Shown piece by piece: positions 36,109 to 45,821 of a stretch of DNA of 64,000 bases. A program made the translations under genes and the position numbers. The stretch is taken from positions 448,001-512,000 of the forward strand of contig OY760175.1 in NCBI GenBank assembly GCA_963663165.1, in the 5' to 3' direction. Origin of the DNA: an uncultured Desulfospira sp. (GTDB lineage: Bacteria > Desulfobacterota > Desulfobacteria > Desulfobacterales > Desulfobacteraceae). The notes below the pieces were generated by a model, which saw only the letters and a program-made list of their open reading frames with translations, was not told the origin of the DNA and searched no databases. Within the stretch, counting starts at the first letter, position 1; every line of letters begins with the position of its first letter.

Positions 36109-38172
36109 ATGGCAGTGAAATCCAATCCTAAAAGTTTAACCGATCACGTCAATGCTGTAAAAAAAGGCAGCCGAAGATTTGAAGACGCCTTTCAGGGGGT
36201 GTCGCGAATGATCCTGGACGCAGGAATTCGCAAAGTCACGGTCAAGGGGAAAACCACTTACCAGTTTGATCTGTTCAGCCGCGGGAAAAAACATCTGGTG
36301 GGAATGTACGATGAAATCAACTCCTTTGTCTCCTTTGTCAAGGATGCTTCAGAAGGGGGGTCGTCCCGGGAAATGGCCTTTGTACTGGTGGGTGAGCCCG
36401 GCAACGGTAAAACCTTTTTTGTGGAGTATCTGTGCTCCCGGTACCGGGAGTTTCTAAGTGTGCCTGAAAACCGGAAATATACCTTTAAATTTATTAACCT
36501 GGATCAGTTGGGGGGATACGGAAAAATTAATTCTATTGAATCCCAGACCTATGAAGATCCCATGATCCTGGCCATGAACCTGGAAGAAACCAAAGACAAA
36601 TCGCGGGATCTTCTAGCCAAAAAATATAAGTTTACCAATGATGCCTTAGAAACCCTTTATAATAATTATCGTCCTCTCGGGGCCTGCTCGGCCTATATCT
36701 GGAACCAGATCCGGGAAATATGCGACGGGGATCTGACCAGGATGCTTTCTTTTGTTGAGATCACGCCGGTTCCCTTAATCGAGAGTCTGGGCACCATTAC
36801 CGGGAAATATCCGGCCAAGGATAAAATTACATCCTCTGCCGTGGACCTTATGGGTGAGGAGTCCATCCAGCGCCTGCTTCATATTTCCGATTCCAACAAC
36901 CCCTACCGGTTTGATTTGAGGCGGGGGGCCCTGGCCCGGGTGGCCGGCGGGGGCATTCATTTCAGCGATGAAATTTACAAAAATAAAAAAGACCTGGTTC
37001 AGGTCTATCTCGGGGTGATCCAGAACCGGATGATAGAGCTTGACGGATTTAAATGGCCCATTGACACCCTGATTATCGCCACGTCCAATAACTCGGAATT
37101 TGATACCTTTTTGTCTGAAAGAGAAGAAGCCCCCATCATCGACCGGTGCCGGATCTGTTATGTGGCCCATAACACGGATTATAAAATTCAGCGGACCCTT
37201 ACCGAATACGCCATTGGGGCAGACACCAAACGATCCCTGGACCAGGAGATCCTGCATCAGGACCCCAATTTAAACTATGCGGCCTCTGTGGGCGTGGTGT
37301 TAACACGGCTTCCCCGTTCGGACAAGCTTACCCCGGTTGAGACCATGAAGCTGGCTGCCGGTGAAGTGGCCGGGGAAAAGAGCTTAAAAACCCTGGCCGA
37401 ACTCATTGATACCTTAAATCAGGACACCGATATTACCAAGCGGTTCGGACAGAAAGGCTTAGGGCAGCGAAACCTTGGCCGGTCCGTCCAGCTGCTGCTT
37501 GAAAGCTCTGAGACCAACGAGGGCAAGTGCATGTTTGCCCTAGATATTTTCAATGCCCTGGAAAGGACGGTCTTGGATTATGTCCATGAACCCGCCGACC
37601 GGGCCAAATTCATGGAAGACCTTAAAATCGCCCGGGGCCTTTACAGAGAACGGATCATGACCGAGATGTTCAACGCCTACATGGATGAACCCCTGGCCAT
37701 TAAAAAGGACGTCTTAAATTACGTGAACATGATCATTGGCGTGGATGCCGAACAGCTTGGCCCTGATATGATGTGGAAGTATAAAGACCCCCAGACCGGA
37801 GAGCTTAAAGCCCTTAAAATCGACGAGCGGTATATCAAAAATGTGGAAGAGCGTTTGGGGCTTAAAACCGAAGAACAGCGCGCCTCTTTCAGAAATTCCA
37901 TTCGCAAGATCTACGGTCAGAAGCTGTCCGTTGATGCCAACTATGATTTTATGGACAACCTGGAACTGGTCAAGGCCATTACCGATGTGAGGCTTAAATC
38001 CGATATTGCCGGGGCCGGCTCCCTTATCGGGGCCCTGGCCAACCGGACCAACGAGGAAAACCAGAAGCTTTATGACCGGATGATCACCACCATGCACGAC
38101 AAGCTCGGGTACTGCCGGACCTGTGCCCAGAAAACCATTGAATATTTCTGTTCCCAGGAAGACGACAAATAA
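36109..38172 (+). CDS. prkA: PrkA/YeaG-family AAA+ serine protein kinase
   Basis: Walker A GEPGNGKT; LIIATSNNSEF; C-terminal LGYC; context with yeaH and spoVR. Confidence 0.88.
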   Translation: MAVKSNPKSLTDHVNAVKKGSRRFEDAFQGVSRMILDAGIRKVTVKGKTTYQFDLFSRGKKHLVGMYDEINSFVSFVKDASEGGSSREMAFVLVGEPGNGKTFFVEYLCSRYREFLSVPENRKYTFKFINLDQLGGYGKINSIESQTYEDPMILAMNLEETKDKSRDLLAKKYKFTNDALETLYNNYRPLGACSAYIWNQIREICDGDLTRMLSFVEITPVPLIESLGTITGKYPAKDKITSSAVDLMGEESIQRLLHISDSNNPYRFDLRRGALARVAGGGIHFSDEIYKNKKDLVQVYLGVIQNRMIELDGFKWPIDTLIIATSNNSEFDTFLSEREEAPIIDRCRICYVAHNTDYKIQRTLTEYAIGADTKRSLDQEILHQDPNLNYAASVGVVLTRLPRSDKLTPVETMKLAAGEVAGEKSLKTLAELIDTLNQDTDITKRFGQKGLGQRNLGRSVQLLLESSETNEGKCMFALDIFNALERTVLDYVHEPADRAKFMEDLKIARGLYRERIMTEMFNAYMDEPLAIKKDVLNYVNMIIGVDAEQLGPDMMWKYKDPQTGELKALKIDERYIKNVEERLGLKTEEQRASFRNSIRKIYGQKLSVDANYDFMDNLELVKAITDVRLKSDIAGAGSLIGALANRTNEENQKLYDRMITTMHDKLGYCRTCAQKTIEYFCSQEDDK

Positions 38173-38187
38173 AACAGGAGGTCTGGC

Positions 38188-39363
38188 ATGACAACCTTGG
38201 ATGAACTCCTGGAACGGGACAGACAGCGACGAGAAGACGGGTTTAAACAAAAAATCCGTGTTGGCCGGATCGTTAAGCCCGGTACCGGCGGCAAGGAAAA
38301 GATTATCGTGGTCCCCACCACGGTAGAGGAAAAATTCGTCCATGATGAATTTGATCCGGACCGGGAAAAGGGGGAGGGCGAGCCTGGTGCCGGAACCGGG
38401 GAAGGAGAAGAAGGCGAGGTCATCGGGCATCAGCCGGTCCGACCCGAAGACGGTGACGGCGAGGGCGGTGAAGGTGACGGCGAAGGTCCGGGTGAGGGCC
38501 AGGGCGGAGAGCATGAGTTTGAATCCAATGCCTATGAACTGGGCAAGGTGCTGTCCCAGGATTTTCAACTGCCCAACCTTCAGGACAAGGGCAAAAAACG
38601 AACCCTTGCCCGGTATATTTATGATTTGACCGACCGGAACCGGGGCGTGGGCCAGGTGCTGGATAAAAAGGCCACGTTAAGGAAAATTGTAGAGACCAAT
38701 ATCAGCCTGGGCAACATTGATGACCCGGGCGACATTGATTCAACCCGGTTTATTATTTCCCCCCGGGATATGGTTTACCGGATCCTGTCCCGGGAAAAGG
38801 ATTATGAATCCCAGGCCCTGGTCTTTTTTCTTCGCGATTATTCCGGGTCCATGGGGGGCAAAGTTACCCAGGCCGTTGTTTCCCAGCATGTCATGCTCTA
38901 TTCCTGGCTGGTCTTTCAATATGAAAAACAGGTGGAAACACGGTTTATCCTCCATGACACCGAAGCCCGCGAGGTATCGGATTTTTTCAAGTATTACTCC
39001 TATAAGGTGGCCGGCGGCACCAAGGTATTTACGGCATTCAAGCTGGTCAACGATATTGTGGAAAGAGAAAGCCTGGCAAAGGATTATAATATTTATGTGT
39101 TTCACGGCACTGACGGGGATGACTGGGACCGGGACGGGAAGCAGACCTTGGAAGAAATTGAGAAGATGATGACCTATGTGGCCAGGGCAGGGATCACCAT
39201 TGTCCACCACTCCTATGCCGCCAATAAGGATACCGAGGTGGCCCGATACCTTAAGGCCTCCGGCGTGCTGAAAAGACATGAGAATCTGCTTAAATTGGAT
39301 GTCATGGGAGAAGATGCGGACGATACCCGGATTATACAGGGAATCAAGAATCTAATCAGCTGA
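38188..39363 (+). CDS. YeaH/YhbH (DUF444) vWA-like protein
   Basis: Gly/Glu-rich linker, DYSGSM, GGT and FHGTDGD motifs. Confidence 0.88.
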   Translation: MTTLDELLERDRQRREDGFKQKIRVGRIVKPGTGGKEKIIVVPTTVEEKFVHDEFDPDREKGEGEPGAGTGEGEEGEVIGHQPVRPEDGDGEGGEGDGEGPGEGQGGEHEFESNAYELGKVLSQDFQLPNLQDKGKKRTLARYIYDLTDRNRGVGQVLDKKATLRKIVETNISLGNIDDPGDIDSTRFIISPRDMVYRILSREKDYESQALVFFLRDYSGSMGGKVTQAVVSQHVMLYSWLVFQYEKQVETRFILHDTEAREVSDFFKYYSYKVAGGTKVFTAFKLVNDIVERESLAKDYNIYVFHGTDGDDWDRDGKQTLEEIEKMMTYVARAGITIVHHSYAANKDTEVARYLKASGVLKRHENLLKLDVMGEDADDTRIIQGIKNLIS

Positions 39364-39386
39364 GAAAGCCAAAAAGCGGGGCAAAT

Positions 39387-41033
39387 ATGGAACTTGTCAG
39401 CCAGCATGTCAAAGGAATCATGGAAGAGTGCAAAGTCCGGGCGCGGGATGCCGGTCTTTCCTTTGACAACGAAACCCTTGAGTACATTGTCACCAACCGG
39501 GACATGATTGAATTGTCTCCCAAGGTGATGATCCCTACCCTTTACGATTACTGGGTCCATGACGTCAGGGTTCTTTCCGGCAAAGGTATGTATGAGGCGT
39601 ATCCGTCCAACCCCTATGAAACCGTCATCAATACCCGGCCGGCCATTTCCTATTACAACGACAACAACCCGGACTGGCTCAATGTGATGATTTTCTATCA
39701 TGTTATAGGCCATATCGATTTTTTTCAGAACAATATCTTTTTTAAAAATACCTGGGATATTGACCTTACCGGCCAGGCCTTAGCCGACAAGCGGATGATT
39801 GCCCTGCTGCGGTCTGAAAAGGGGCGCTGGGTGGATTATGCCATTGAATTTTCAAGGGGGATCGACAACCTTGTGGGGTATCACCACCAGCTTAACCGGA
39901 TTTTTTCAAAGGAAACAGAACAGAAACCGACCCGGACAGACTATTACTTTGATGTGTTTTTACAGACCGTCAAACAGCAGCCGCAAATTGTTTATTTAAA
40001 GGAAATCAACCGGTACAACCAGTGCCAGAAAGATAAAACCGACTTTTTCGACCAGGTGACCGGCCAGTATCCCGAATTTGAGGAATTGTATAAAAAGGCC
40101 CTTGAATCAAAAGAAGAACCGGAACTGGACGTGATGGAATATATCCTGCGGTATTCGCCGTTCCTCAAGCAGGAGGAAAATGAATGGATTAAAACGGTGA
40201 TTCAGATCGTTAGGAACACCTCGCTTTATTTTCAGCCCCAGATCAGAAGCAAGATCATGAACGAGGGGTGGGCCAGCTACTGGCATGACCGGCTGTTCAG
40301 AATTGATGACCGGATCAGGGGGCATGAGGCCGATTATGCCAAGGTCAATGCCGCAGTCACCTCCCTTCCCAAGGTGGGTCTTAACCCTTATGCGTTAGGG
40401 TTGCGAATGTTCCAGCATATCCGGGACATGGAAAACAAGGGCCGGTACGATCTTGAGTACAGCCGTCTTCATGATGAAAAGGCCAAGAAAATTTATGATA
40501 ACAAAAAGCAGGCCGGTGATGAACTGATTTTCAAGATCCGGGAAAACATGAATGACTTTACTTTCGTCAATACCTATATAGACCAGGAAATGGTGTCTAA
40601 ACACCGGCTGTTTGTCACGGGAAAACGATTTTTACAGGATAAAATGGTCTGGGAATATTATATCAAATCCAAGAAAGCCCAAGATTTTAAGCAGATGATC
40701 ATCAACACCCTGTACCATCCCCCCCATATCCGGGTGGACAAGAAAAAAAGTGTCAAGGGGGTGCTTTGCCTGGACCATAAATTTGAGGGTAAGCCCTTGA
40801 AGATTGATTATATTGAAAACACCATGGTGGGCATTGAATACCTGTGGGGCGGTCCGGTTCATCTCGAGACCTGTGAACCGGTTGCCGTTTCCAAGACGGA
40901 GACCAGCACTTATGTCAATTTCTGGGATCCTGTGGCACCGGCACCGGACAGCGAATCCCCCAAAAATAAATTCCAATGGAAACGAATGCGGTATGTCATG
41001 GAAAATCGTAAACTGCATAAACGGGAGCTGTGA
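39387..41033 (+). CDS. SpoVR/YcgB family protein
   Basis: YETVIN, HVIGHIDFFQNN, KIMNEGWASYWH and NPYALG motifs. Confidence 0.92.
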   Translation: MELVSQHVKGIMEECKVRARDAGLSFDNETLEYIVTNRDMIELSPKVMIPTLYDYWVHDVRVLSGKGMYEAYPSNPYETVINTRPAISYYNDNNPDWLNVMIFYHVIGHIDFFQNNIFFKNTWDIDLTGQALADKRMIALLRSEKGRWVDYAIEFSRGIDNLVGYHHQLNRIFSKETEQKPTRTDYYFDVFLQTVKQQPQIVYLKEINRYNQCQKDKTDFFDQVTGQYPEFEELYKKALESKEEPELDVMEYILRYSPFLKQEENEWIKTVIQIVRNTSLYFQPQIRSKIMNEGWASYWHDRLFRIDDRIRGHEADYAKVNAAVTSLPKVGLNPYALGLRMFQHIRDMENKGRYDLEYSRLHDEKAKKIYDNKKQAGDELIFKIRENMNDFTFVNTYIDQEMVSKHRLFVTGKRFLQDKMVWEYYIKSKKAQDFKQMIINTLYHPPHIRVDKKKSVKGVLCLDHKFEGKPLKIDYIENTMVGIEYLWGGPVHLETCEPVAVSKTETSTYVNFWDPVAPAPDSESPKNKFQWKRMRYVMENRKLHKREL

Positions 41034-43418
41034 TTGGCCATGGAAAAAAATGATTCTGCAATGGACTCCCCAAGGAGAACCGGGGCGACGGTAGAGCAGG
41101 TGGCAGGGACTTCATCCATCCAGTCCGTGGATGATACCTTAGCCCTTTTAGACCGGGAAATCAGCAATTGGGAACGGTTCAAGCCGGTTCCTTTTGAAAC
41201 CTACCTTAAAATCCTTACCCAGAGTCCATCCCAGGTATTGAGAAATATTTTCCAGACCTTTCATGACATGATTAAAAGTTATGTGGAAGAAACCCAGGAG
41301 GAACTCGAAGACCGAAAAGATTCCCGGATGATTTTTACCAAATACGACTGCACCAAACTGTTTTCCGAAGGGTCGGTCAATCCCTATTTTCCAGATATGC
41401 TGTTTGCCAACCGGTTCATGAAGCAGATGGAATACCTGCGCCACGGGGCTCAGCAGAACCGGATCTATGTATTTTACGGCCCCCACGGGTGCGGGAAAAG
41501 CACGTTTTTAAACAATTTGTTAAAAAAATTTCAAATCTATGCCAATTCCGAGGAAGGCCGCCGGTATGAGATTGTCTGGCGTCTGAACATTAAGGACCTT
41601 CAGGACAAGGGGGGCATCATCCCGGTATCCACCTTTGAAAAACTCATTCAATACGTGGAGCAGGAAGATGAGCACAGAGGCCGCAAACATGATGATGAAC
41701 CGGACACCCTTACCGTTCCCAGCAGGGAGCGCGATTATATTGAAATTCCCTGTCTGGCCCATGATAACCCGTTTTTAATTATCCCGGCAGAACAGCGGCG
41801 CAAAGTGCTGGACGGGTTGATCAAAAATGATGAGTTCAAGTGGCGGCTGTTTACGGAAAAAGAGTATGAGTGGGTGTTCAGAGAGGATGTCTGCACGGTC
41901 TGTGCGTCTATCTACAGTTCCCTTTTAGAGCGCCTGGGAAATCCTGTGGAGGTATTTAAAATGCTTTATGTCCGGCCCTATTACTTTAATCGGCGCATTG
42001 GCACGGGCATATCCGTCTTCAACCCCGGAGACCGGCCCTTAAAGCAGAACATCATCTCCAACCGGATGCTTCAAAGTCGGATCAGCTCTTTATTCCAGGA
42101 TTCCAATATCGTTAACTACATTTATTCGAACTTCTCCCGTGTGAACAATGGCATCTATGCCCTCATGGACATCAAATCCAATAATGTGGAGCGGATGGTG
42201 GAGCTTCACAATGTGATTTCAGAAGGGGTTTATAAGGTGGAAAATGTGGAGGAACGGGTGGATGCCCTGTTCTTTGCCCTGATGAACCCGGAGGATAAAC
42301 GCAATTTAAGGGATTTCCCCTCCTTTGACGACCGGATCCAGTACATTGACATCCCCTATGTCCTGGATGTCAAAACAGAGGTTAAAATTTACCTGAATAT
42401 TTTCGGCCGCCATATTGAATCGAGTTTTCTGCCCATGGTTCTGGATAACTTTGCCAGGATCATTATCTGCTCGCGGATCGGCCAGAAATCCCCGGCCCTT
42501 GAAGAGTGGATAAAGGATCCCAAAAAGTATCAGAATTTTTGTGATGAAAATCTGATGCTGCTTAAAATGGAGCTGTATTCGGGCAATATTCCTAAATGGC
42601 TGGACAACGATGATGTCCGGGCCCTTGATAAAAAGCGGATGAAAAGCATTATTGCCGAGTCTGAAGTCTACGGCAAAGAAGGGTTCTCAGGCCGGGACGC
42701 CATTAAAATATTTGACCAGTTTTACTCTAAATATGCCCGGGAGGACCGGCCCATTAACATGGTGGATCTGTGTACCTTTTTTACCAAACTTGATGTGCTG
42801 CCCAAAAAGAACCTTCCCACGGGATTCTTATTTTCCCTGCTGCGCATGTACGATTATTCGGTTCTTCAGCAGGTCAAGGAATCCCTTTATTATTACAATG
42901 AAAAGCAGATTGCCCGGGATATTAAAAACTATATCTCAGCCGTGACCAATGAACTTGACTCTATCGTGAATTGCATTTTCACCAAAGAGGAAATCCATGT
43001 GACCGAGGCCTTTCTGGAGAGTATTGAAAACCGGCTGCTGCCCGAAAACATGGTCGTTGAAAGACGAAGACAGTTTCGAAACGACGTCCTCAAAGAATAC
43101 ACCACAAGGACCCTGACCCAGGAGATCATGATCGACGGCAAAGATGTTACGGAAACCCGGCTGTTTGAATCCCTGCACGAACGGTATGTCCATAACCTGA
43201 AAAAACAGGTGCTGGAACCGTTTATCGACAATGAAAATTTCAGGAACGCCATCAAGGATTTTGATACCGAAAAATTCAAGACCCATGACAAGCGGATCAA
43301 AAAGGATGTCACTTTTCTGATCGACAACCTGTCCAGCAAGTTTGGCTACTCTTCACAGGGGGCCAATGAGGTCTGCATTTATGTGATCGACAATGATCTG
43401 GCCAAACGGTTTAAGTAG
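41034..43418 (+). CDS. Second PrkA-family AAA+ protein
   Basis: Walker A GPHGCGKS; FDDRIQYIDIPY; C-terminal FGYS. The start may be the ATG at 41040. Confidence 0.82.
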   Translation: MAMEKNDSAMDSPRRTGATVEQVAGTSSIQSVDDTLALLDREISNWERFKPVPFETYLKILTQSPSQVLRNIFQTFHDMIKSYVEETQEELEDRKDSRMIFTKYDCTKLFSEGSVNPYFPDMLFANRFMKQMEYLRHGAQQNRIYVFYGPHGCGKSTFLNNLLKKFQIYANSEEGRRYEIVWRLNIKDLQDKGGIIPVSTFEKLIQYVEQEDEHRGRKHDDEPDTLTVPSRERDYIEIPCLAHDNPFLIIPAEQRRKVLDGLIKNDEFKWRLFTEKEYEWVFREDVCTVCASIYSSLLERLGNPVEVFKMLYVRPYYFNRRIGTGISVFNPGDRPLKQNIISNRMLQSRISSLFQDSNIVNYIYSNFSRVNNGIYALMDIKSNNVERMVELHNVISEGVYKVENVEERVDALFFALMNPEDKRNLRDFPSFDDRIQYIDIPYVLDVKTEVKIYLNIFGRHIESSFLPMVLDNFARIIICSRIGQKSPALEEWIKDPKKYQNFCDENLMLLKMELYSGNIPKWLDNDDVRALDKKRMKSIIAESEVYGKEGFSGRDAIKIFDQFYSKYAREDRPINMVDLCTFFTKLDVLPKKNLPTGFLFSLLRMYDYSVLQQVKESLYYYNEKQIARDIKNYISAVTNELDSIVNCIFTKEEIHVTEAFLESIENRLLPENMVVERRRQFRNDVLKEYTTRTLTQEIMIDGKDVTETRLFESLHERYVHNLKKQVLEPFIDNENFRNAIKDFDTEKFKTHDKRIKKDVTFLIDNLSSKFGYSSQGANEVCIYVIDNDLAKRFK

Positions 43419-43444
43419 TGTTTGAACGAAAAGCCCGCTTAATT

Positions 43445-44407
43445 TTACAGATTACAAAAAACCTGTTGAACCCGCTGTTGAAGATCATCCCGGATCTGTC
43501 TTAACTGCTCAAGGGACGGGTTTTCCAAAGCCGGCACATCCCAGGTTTCAATTGCCGCTGATGATAAAGATGCCGGCAGATCACCATCCTTACCCAGCCA
43601 GACAACCCTGTCGAAAGAAGACGTTTCCAGGGGTAAGGCTGACGGGGCCAAAAATTTTATGTCCAGCTGTTTTTCGGCCATGACGTCAATCCCAGGCGCA
43701 AAGATCTCGGGGGCCGGGTCAATCCCCGCCGTGGCGACATGATAAAGGCCCTGATCCATACTTCTTAGAAAAGCCGCGGCCATCTGGCTGCGGCAGGCAT
43801 CCTTTAAGGAAACAAACAAAACCCTTTGCCGGGAAAGAACCGGCCGGCAAAGGGTTTCAACGGCTTTTGCCACATCTTCCTTAACCCCGGGATGGGCGGC
43901 CATGTCCCCGGGGGATTCAATGTGCCGGTAACCGAGCATGCCCTGATACGACACCGACAGGGCGTCAAAAAAGATTTTGGCAGTCAGTTCCATACCATCA
44001 AAGAGTTTTTTCCCGCCGGACCCGCCGCAGGACAGTAAGAATCCCTGGCGGATCCCGGCATTGGGCTCTTTGAGCCCAAGCTTATACTTCCGGCCCCAGA
44101 ATACCTGGCACCGGTCAATCAGGGTCTTGAGCTGGGCCGTGACATTGTAAAAAAACACGGGCGAGGCCAATACGATGAGATCAGCCCTTTTGATGGCGGC
44201 ATAGACCTGGTCCATTTCATCTTTAATGGGACAGAACCCTTTTTTTTCACAGACAATCAGCTCTTTGCACGGCTTTATGTCCAGGCCCGGGGCATGGATG
44301 GTCTCTACTGTGGCGCCAAGGTCCCGGGCCTTGTCACTGAACATAGAGACAAGGTCCCGGGTATTCCCGTTTTTCCTTGGGCTTCCCTGCAAACAGAGGA
44401 TGTGCAT
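43445..44407 (-). CDS. Flavodoxin-like (iron-sulfur flavoprotein/FMN reductase) domain fused to an ArsC/LMW-PTP-like domain
   Basis: GSPRKNGNT and ASPVFF in the N-terminal domain; ACRSQMAAAF...TAGIDPA...WDVP in the C-terminal domain. Confidence 0.85.
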   Translation of the reverse strand: MHILCLQGSPRKNGNTRDLVSMFSDKARDLGATVETIHAPGLDIKPCKELIVCEKKGFCPIKDEMDQVYAAIKRADLIVLASPVFFYNVTAQLKTLIDRCQVFWGRKYKLGLKEPNAGIRQGFLLSCGGSGGKKLFDGMELTAKIFFDALSVSYQGMLGYRHIESPGDMAAHPGVKEDVAKAVETLCRPVLSRQRVLFVSLKDACRSQMAAAFLRSMDQGLYHVATAGIDPAPEIFAPGIDVMAEKQLDIKFLAPSALPLETSSFDRVVWLGKDGDLPASLSSAAIETWDVPALENPSLEQLRQIRDDLQQRVQQVFCNL

Positions 44408-44427
44408 AATGCTGCCTTTGTAATGAA

Positions 44428-44492
44428 GTGTTTGGACGAAAAGTCACCATTCGGCTGCGCCTTGTATCTCAAGCAAGGTTTCGTTCAAACAC
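44428..44492. repeat. Short palindromic element related to 6159-6284
   Basis: GTGTTTGGACGAAA ... TTTCGTTCAAACAC. Confidence 0.6.
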
Positions 44493-44509
44493 GGGTTTTC
44501 GTCCTGACC

Positions 44510-44869
44510 TTAAAGACTGATAACAGCCGCGTCACAGGAAAGGTTGATAAATTCCGCTGCTGTGGCCATCCTGGCCCCTTCTATCAGGTCTTCTTCCTTG
44601 ATCTGCCGGGCACTGGCGCAGGGCGTACAGACCAGAATGGGGACCTCGTGGGCCTGCAGGTAGGCCAGAAGGTCGTCGGCCACATCGCCGGTGGCGGCCC
44701 TGACATGGGTGATGATGCCTTCTTTGGCCAGGTAAACCCCCTCGTCCAGCAGGAAAATACAGGTGTTTTTCCCTTCCTTGTGGGCAATGGTGGCCAGATG
44801 AATGGCCCGGGTGGCCCGGTTGGTGTCATTGGTTCCGCAGGATAATGCGACTACGACATTGTTGGTCAT
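44510..44869 (-). CDS. DsrE-family protein
   Basis: IFLLDEGVYLA and VCTPCASARQI motifs. Confidence 0.85.
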   Translation of the reverse strand: MTNNVVVALSCGTNDTNRATRAIHLATIAHKEGKNTCIFLLDEGVYLAKEGIITHVRAATGDVADDLLAYLQAHEVPILVCTPCASARQIKEEDLIEGARMATAAEFINLSCDAAVISL

Positions 44870-44889
44870 GATAAGCTCCTTGTTTTAAA

Positions 44890-44977
44890 AGCTGTTAGTA
44901 ATTAGCTATTAGCCGTTAGCCATTCATATCACCTGTGGGTTAATCGTTGAGGGCTAAAAGCTAAAAGCTAATGGCTA
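44890..44977. repeat. Inverted CTAA-heptamer repeat
   Basis: GCTGTTAG/TTAGCTATTAGCCGTTAGCC followed by GGCTAAAAGCTAAAAGCTAATGGCTA. Confidence 0.75.
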
Positions 44978-45184
44978 TCTATCAATCGGCCATTCCTGGT
45001 CTTTTTCTTCGCTGAAGACCAGAAATCTGTCCTTGACCAGCTCCTTGCCGGACATCGGACAGCGCAAGGTGATTTTAAAGTCTGAAACCTTAATGATTTC
45101 CCAGTCCCCTTTAAGGGGAGAGTCTTCGATCCTGATTTTCTGGCCCGGCACCAGAGGGCAGGGCTTGAACAGGGTTACTTTCAT
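44975..45184 (-). CDS. Small hypothetical protein (69 aa)
   Basis: GAGG RBS; co-oriented within the operon; beta-rich sequence with LRCP. Confidence 0.7.
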   Translation of the reverse strand: MKVTLFKPCPLVPGQKIRIEDSPLKGDWEIIKVSDFKITLRCPMSGKELVKDRFLVFSEEKDQEWPIDR

Positions 45185-45197
45185 GTGAAATCCTCGA

Positions 45198-45821
45198 TTA
45201 CCGGAATTCTATCCGGGTTTCTTTGGGGTGCCGGTATCGTTTGGGTTGTTCATTGAGCCGGTATCCCAAGGCAACAATGACAGCAATTTCAAATGTCCGG
45301 GTATCAATGGACAGGGCTTTTTCAGCCTTGTCTTTTTCAAATCCTTCCATGGGGCAGGAGTCAATCCCAAGGGCTGCCGCAGCGGTCATGATATTGGCCA
45401 GGGCAATGTAACACTGCTTGGAACTCCAGGCATAGGCGCTCATCCGGGGAAAGACTTCAGTTTCCATGTGGTAGGAATACTTTTTCATGTAAGCGGCTAC
45501 CGCCTTTGGGGACAGGTCTTTTCTTTCAAAGTTTCCCTTTATGTAGGGGGTGTCGGGCGTTGCCGCACCCGGTTGGGCCAGGATCACCACAACGTGGCTG
45601 GAATCGGTGATCTGGGGTTGATTCCAGCAGGCCGGCCGCAACGCCTGCCGGACATCTTCTGATTCCAGCACCAGAAATTTCCAGGCCTCAAGTCCAAAGG
45701 ACGACGGGGACAGCCAGGCCGCTTCCAGGATGCTGCCAAGGTCTTCCCTGGAAATTTTCTTTTCAGGGTCAAATGCCTTGCAGGCATGGCGAAAATTTAA
45801 TGCGTCAACTACCGGGTTCAT
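45198..45821 (-). CDS. Nitroreductase family NAD(P)H-dependent oxidoreductase
   Basis: FRHACKAFD, LSPSSFGLEAWKF, WNQPQ and DSCPMEGF motifs. Confidence 0.92.
   Translation of the reverse strand: MNPVVDALNFRHACKAFDPEKKISREDLGSILEAAWLSPSSFGLEAWKFLVLESEDVRQALRPACWNQPQITDSSHVVVILAQPGAATPDTPYIKGNFERKDLSPKAVAAYMKKYSYHMETEVFPRMSAYAWSSKQCYIALANIMTAAAALGIDSCPMEGFEKDKAEKALSIDTRTFEIAVIVALGYRLNEQPKRYRHPKETRIEFR

Noticed and set aside
37714..38568. 284-aa minus-strand ORF and the many other antisense or overlapping ORFs in the track
   Set aside because: They shadow well-supported genes on the opposite strand or in another frame and show no family motifs.
44510..44869. Selenocysteine recoding in the DsrE-family gene
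   Set aside because: The ORF is complete with Cys codons and has no in-frame TGA.
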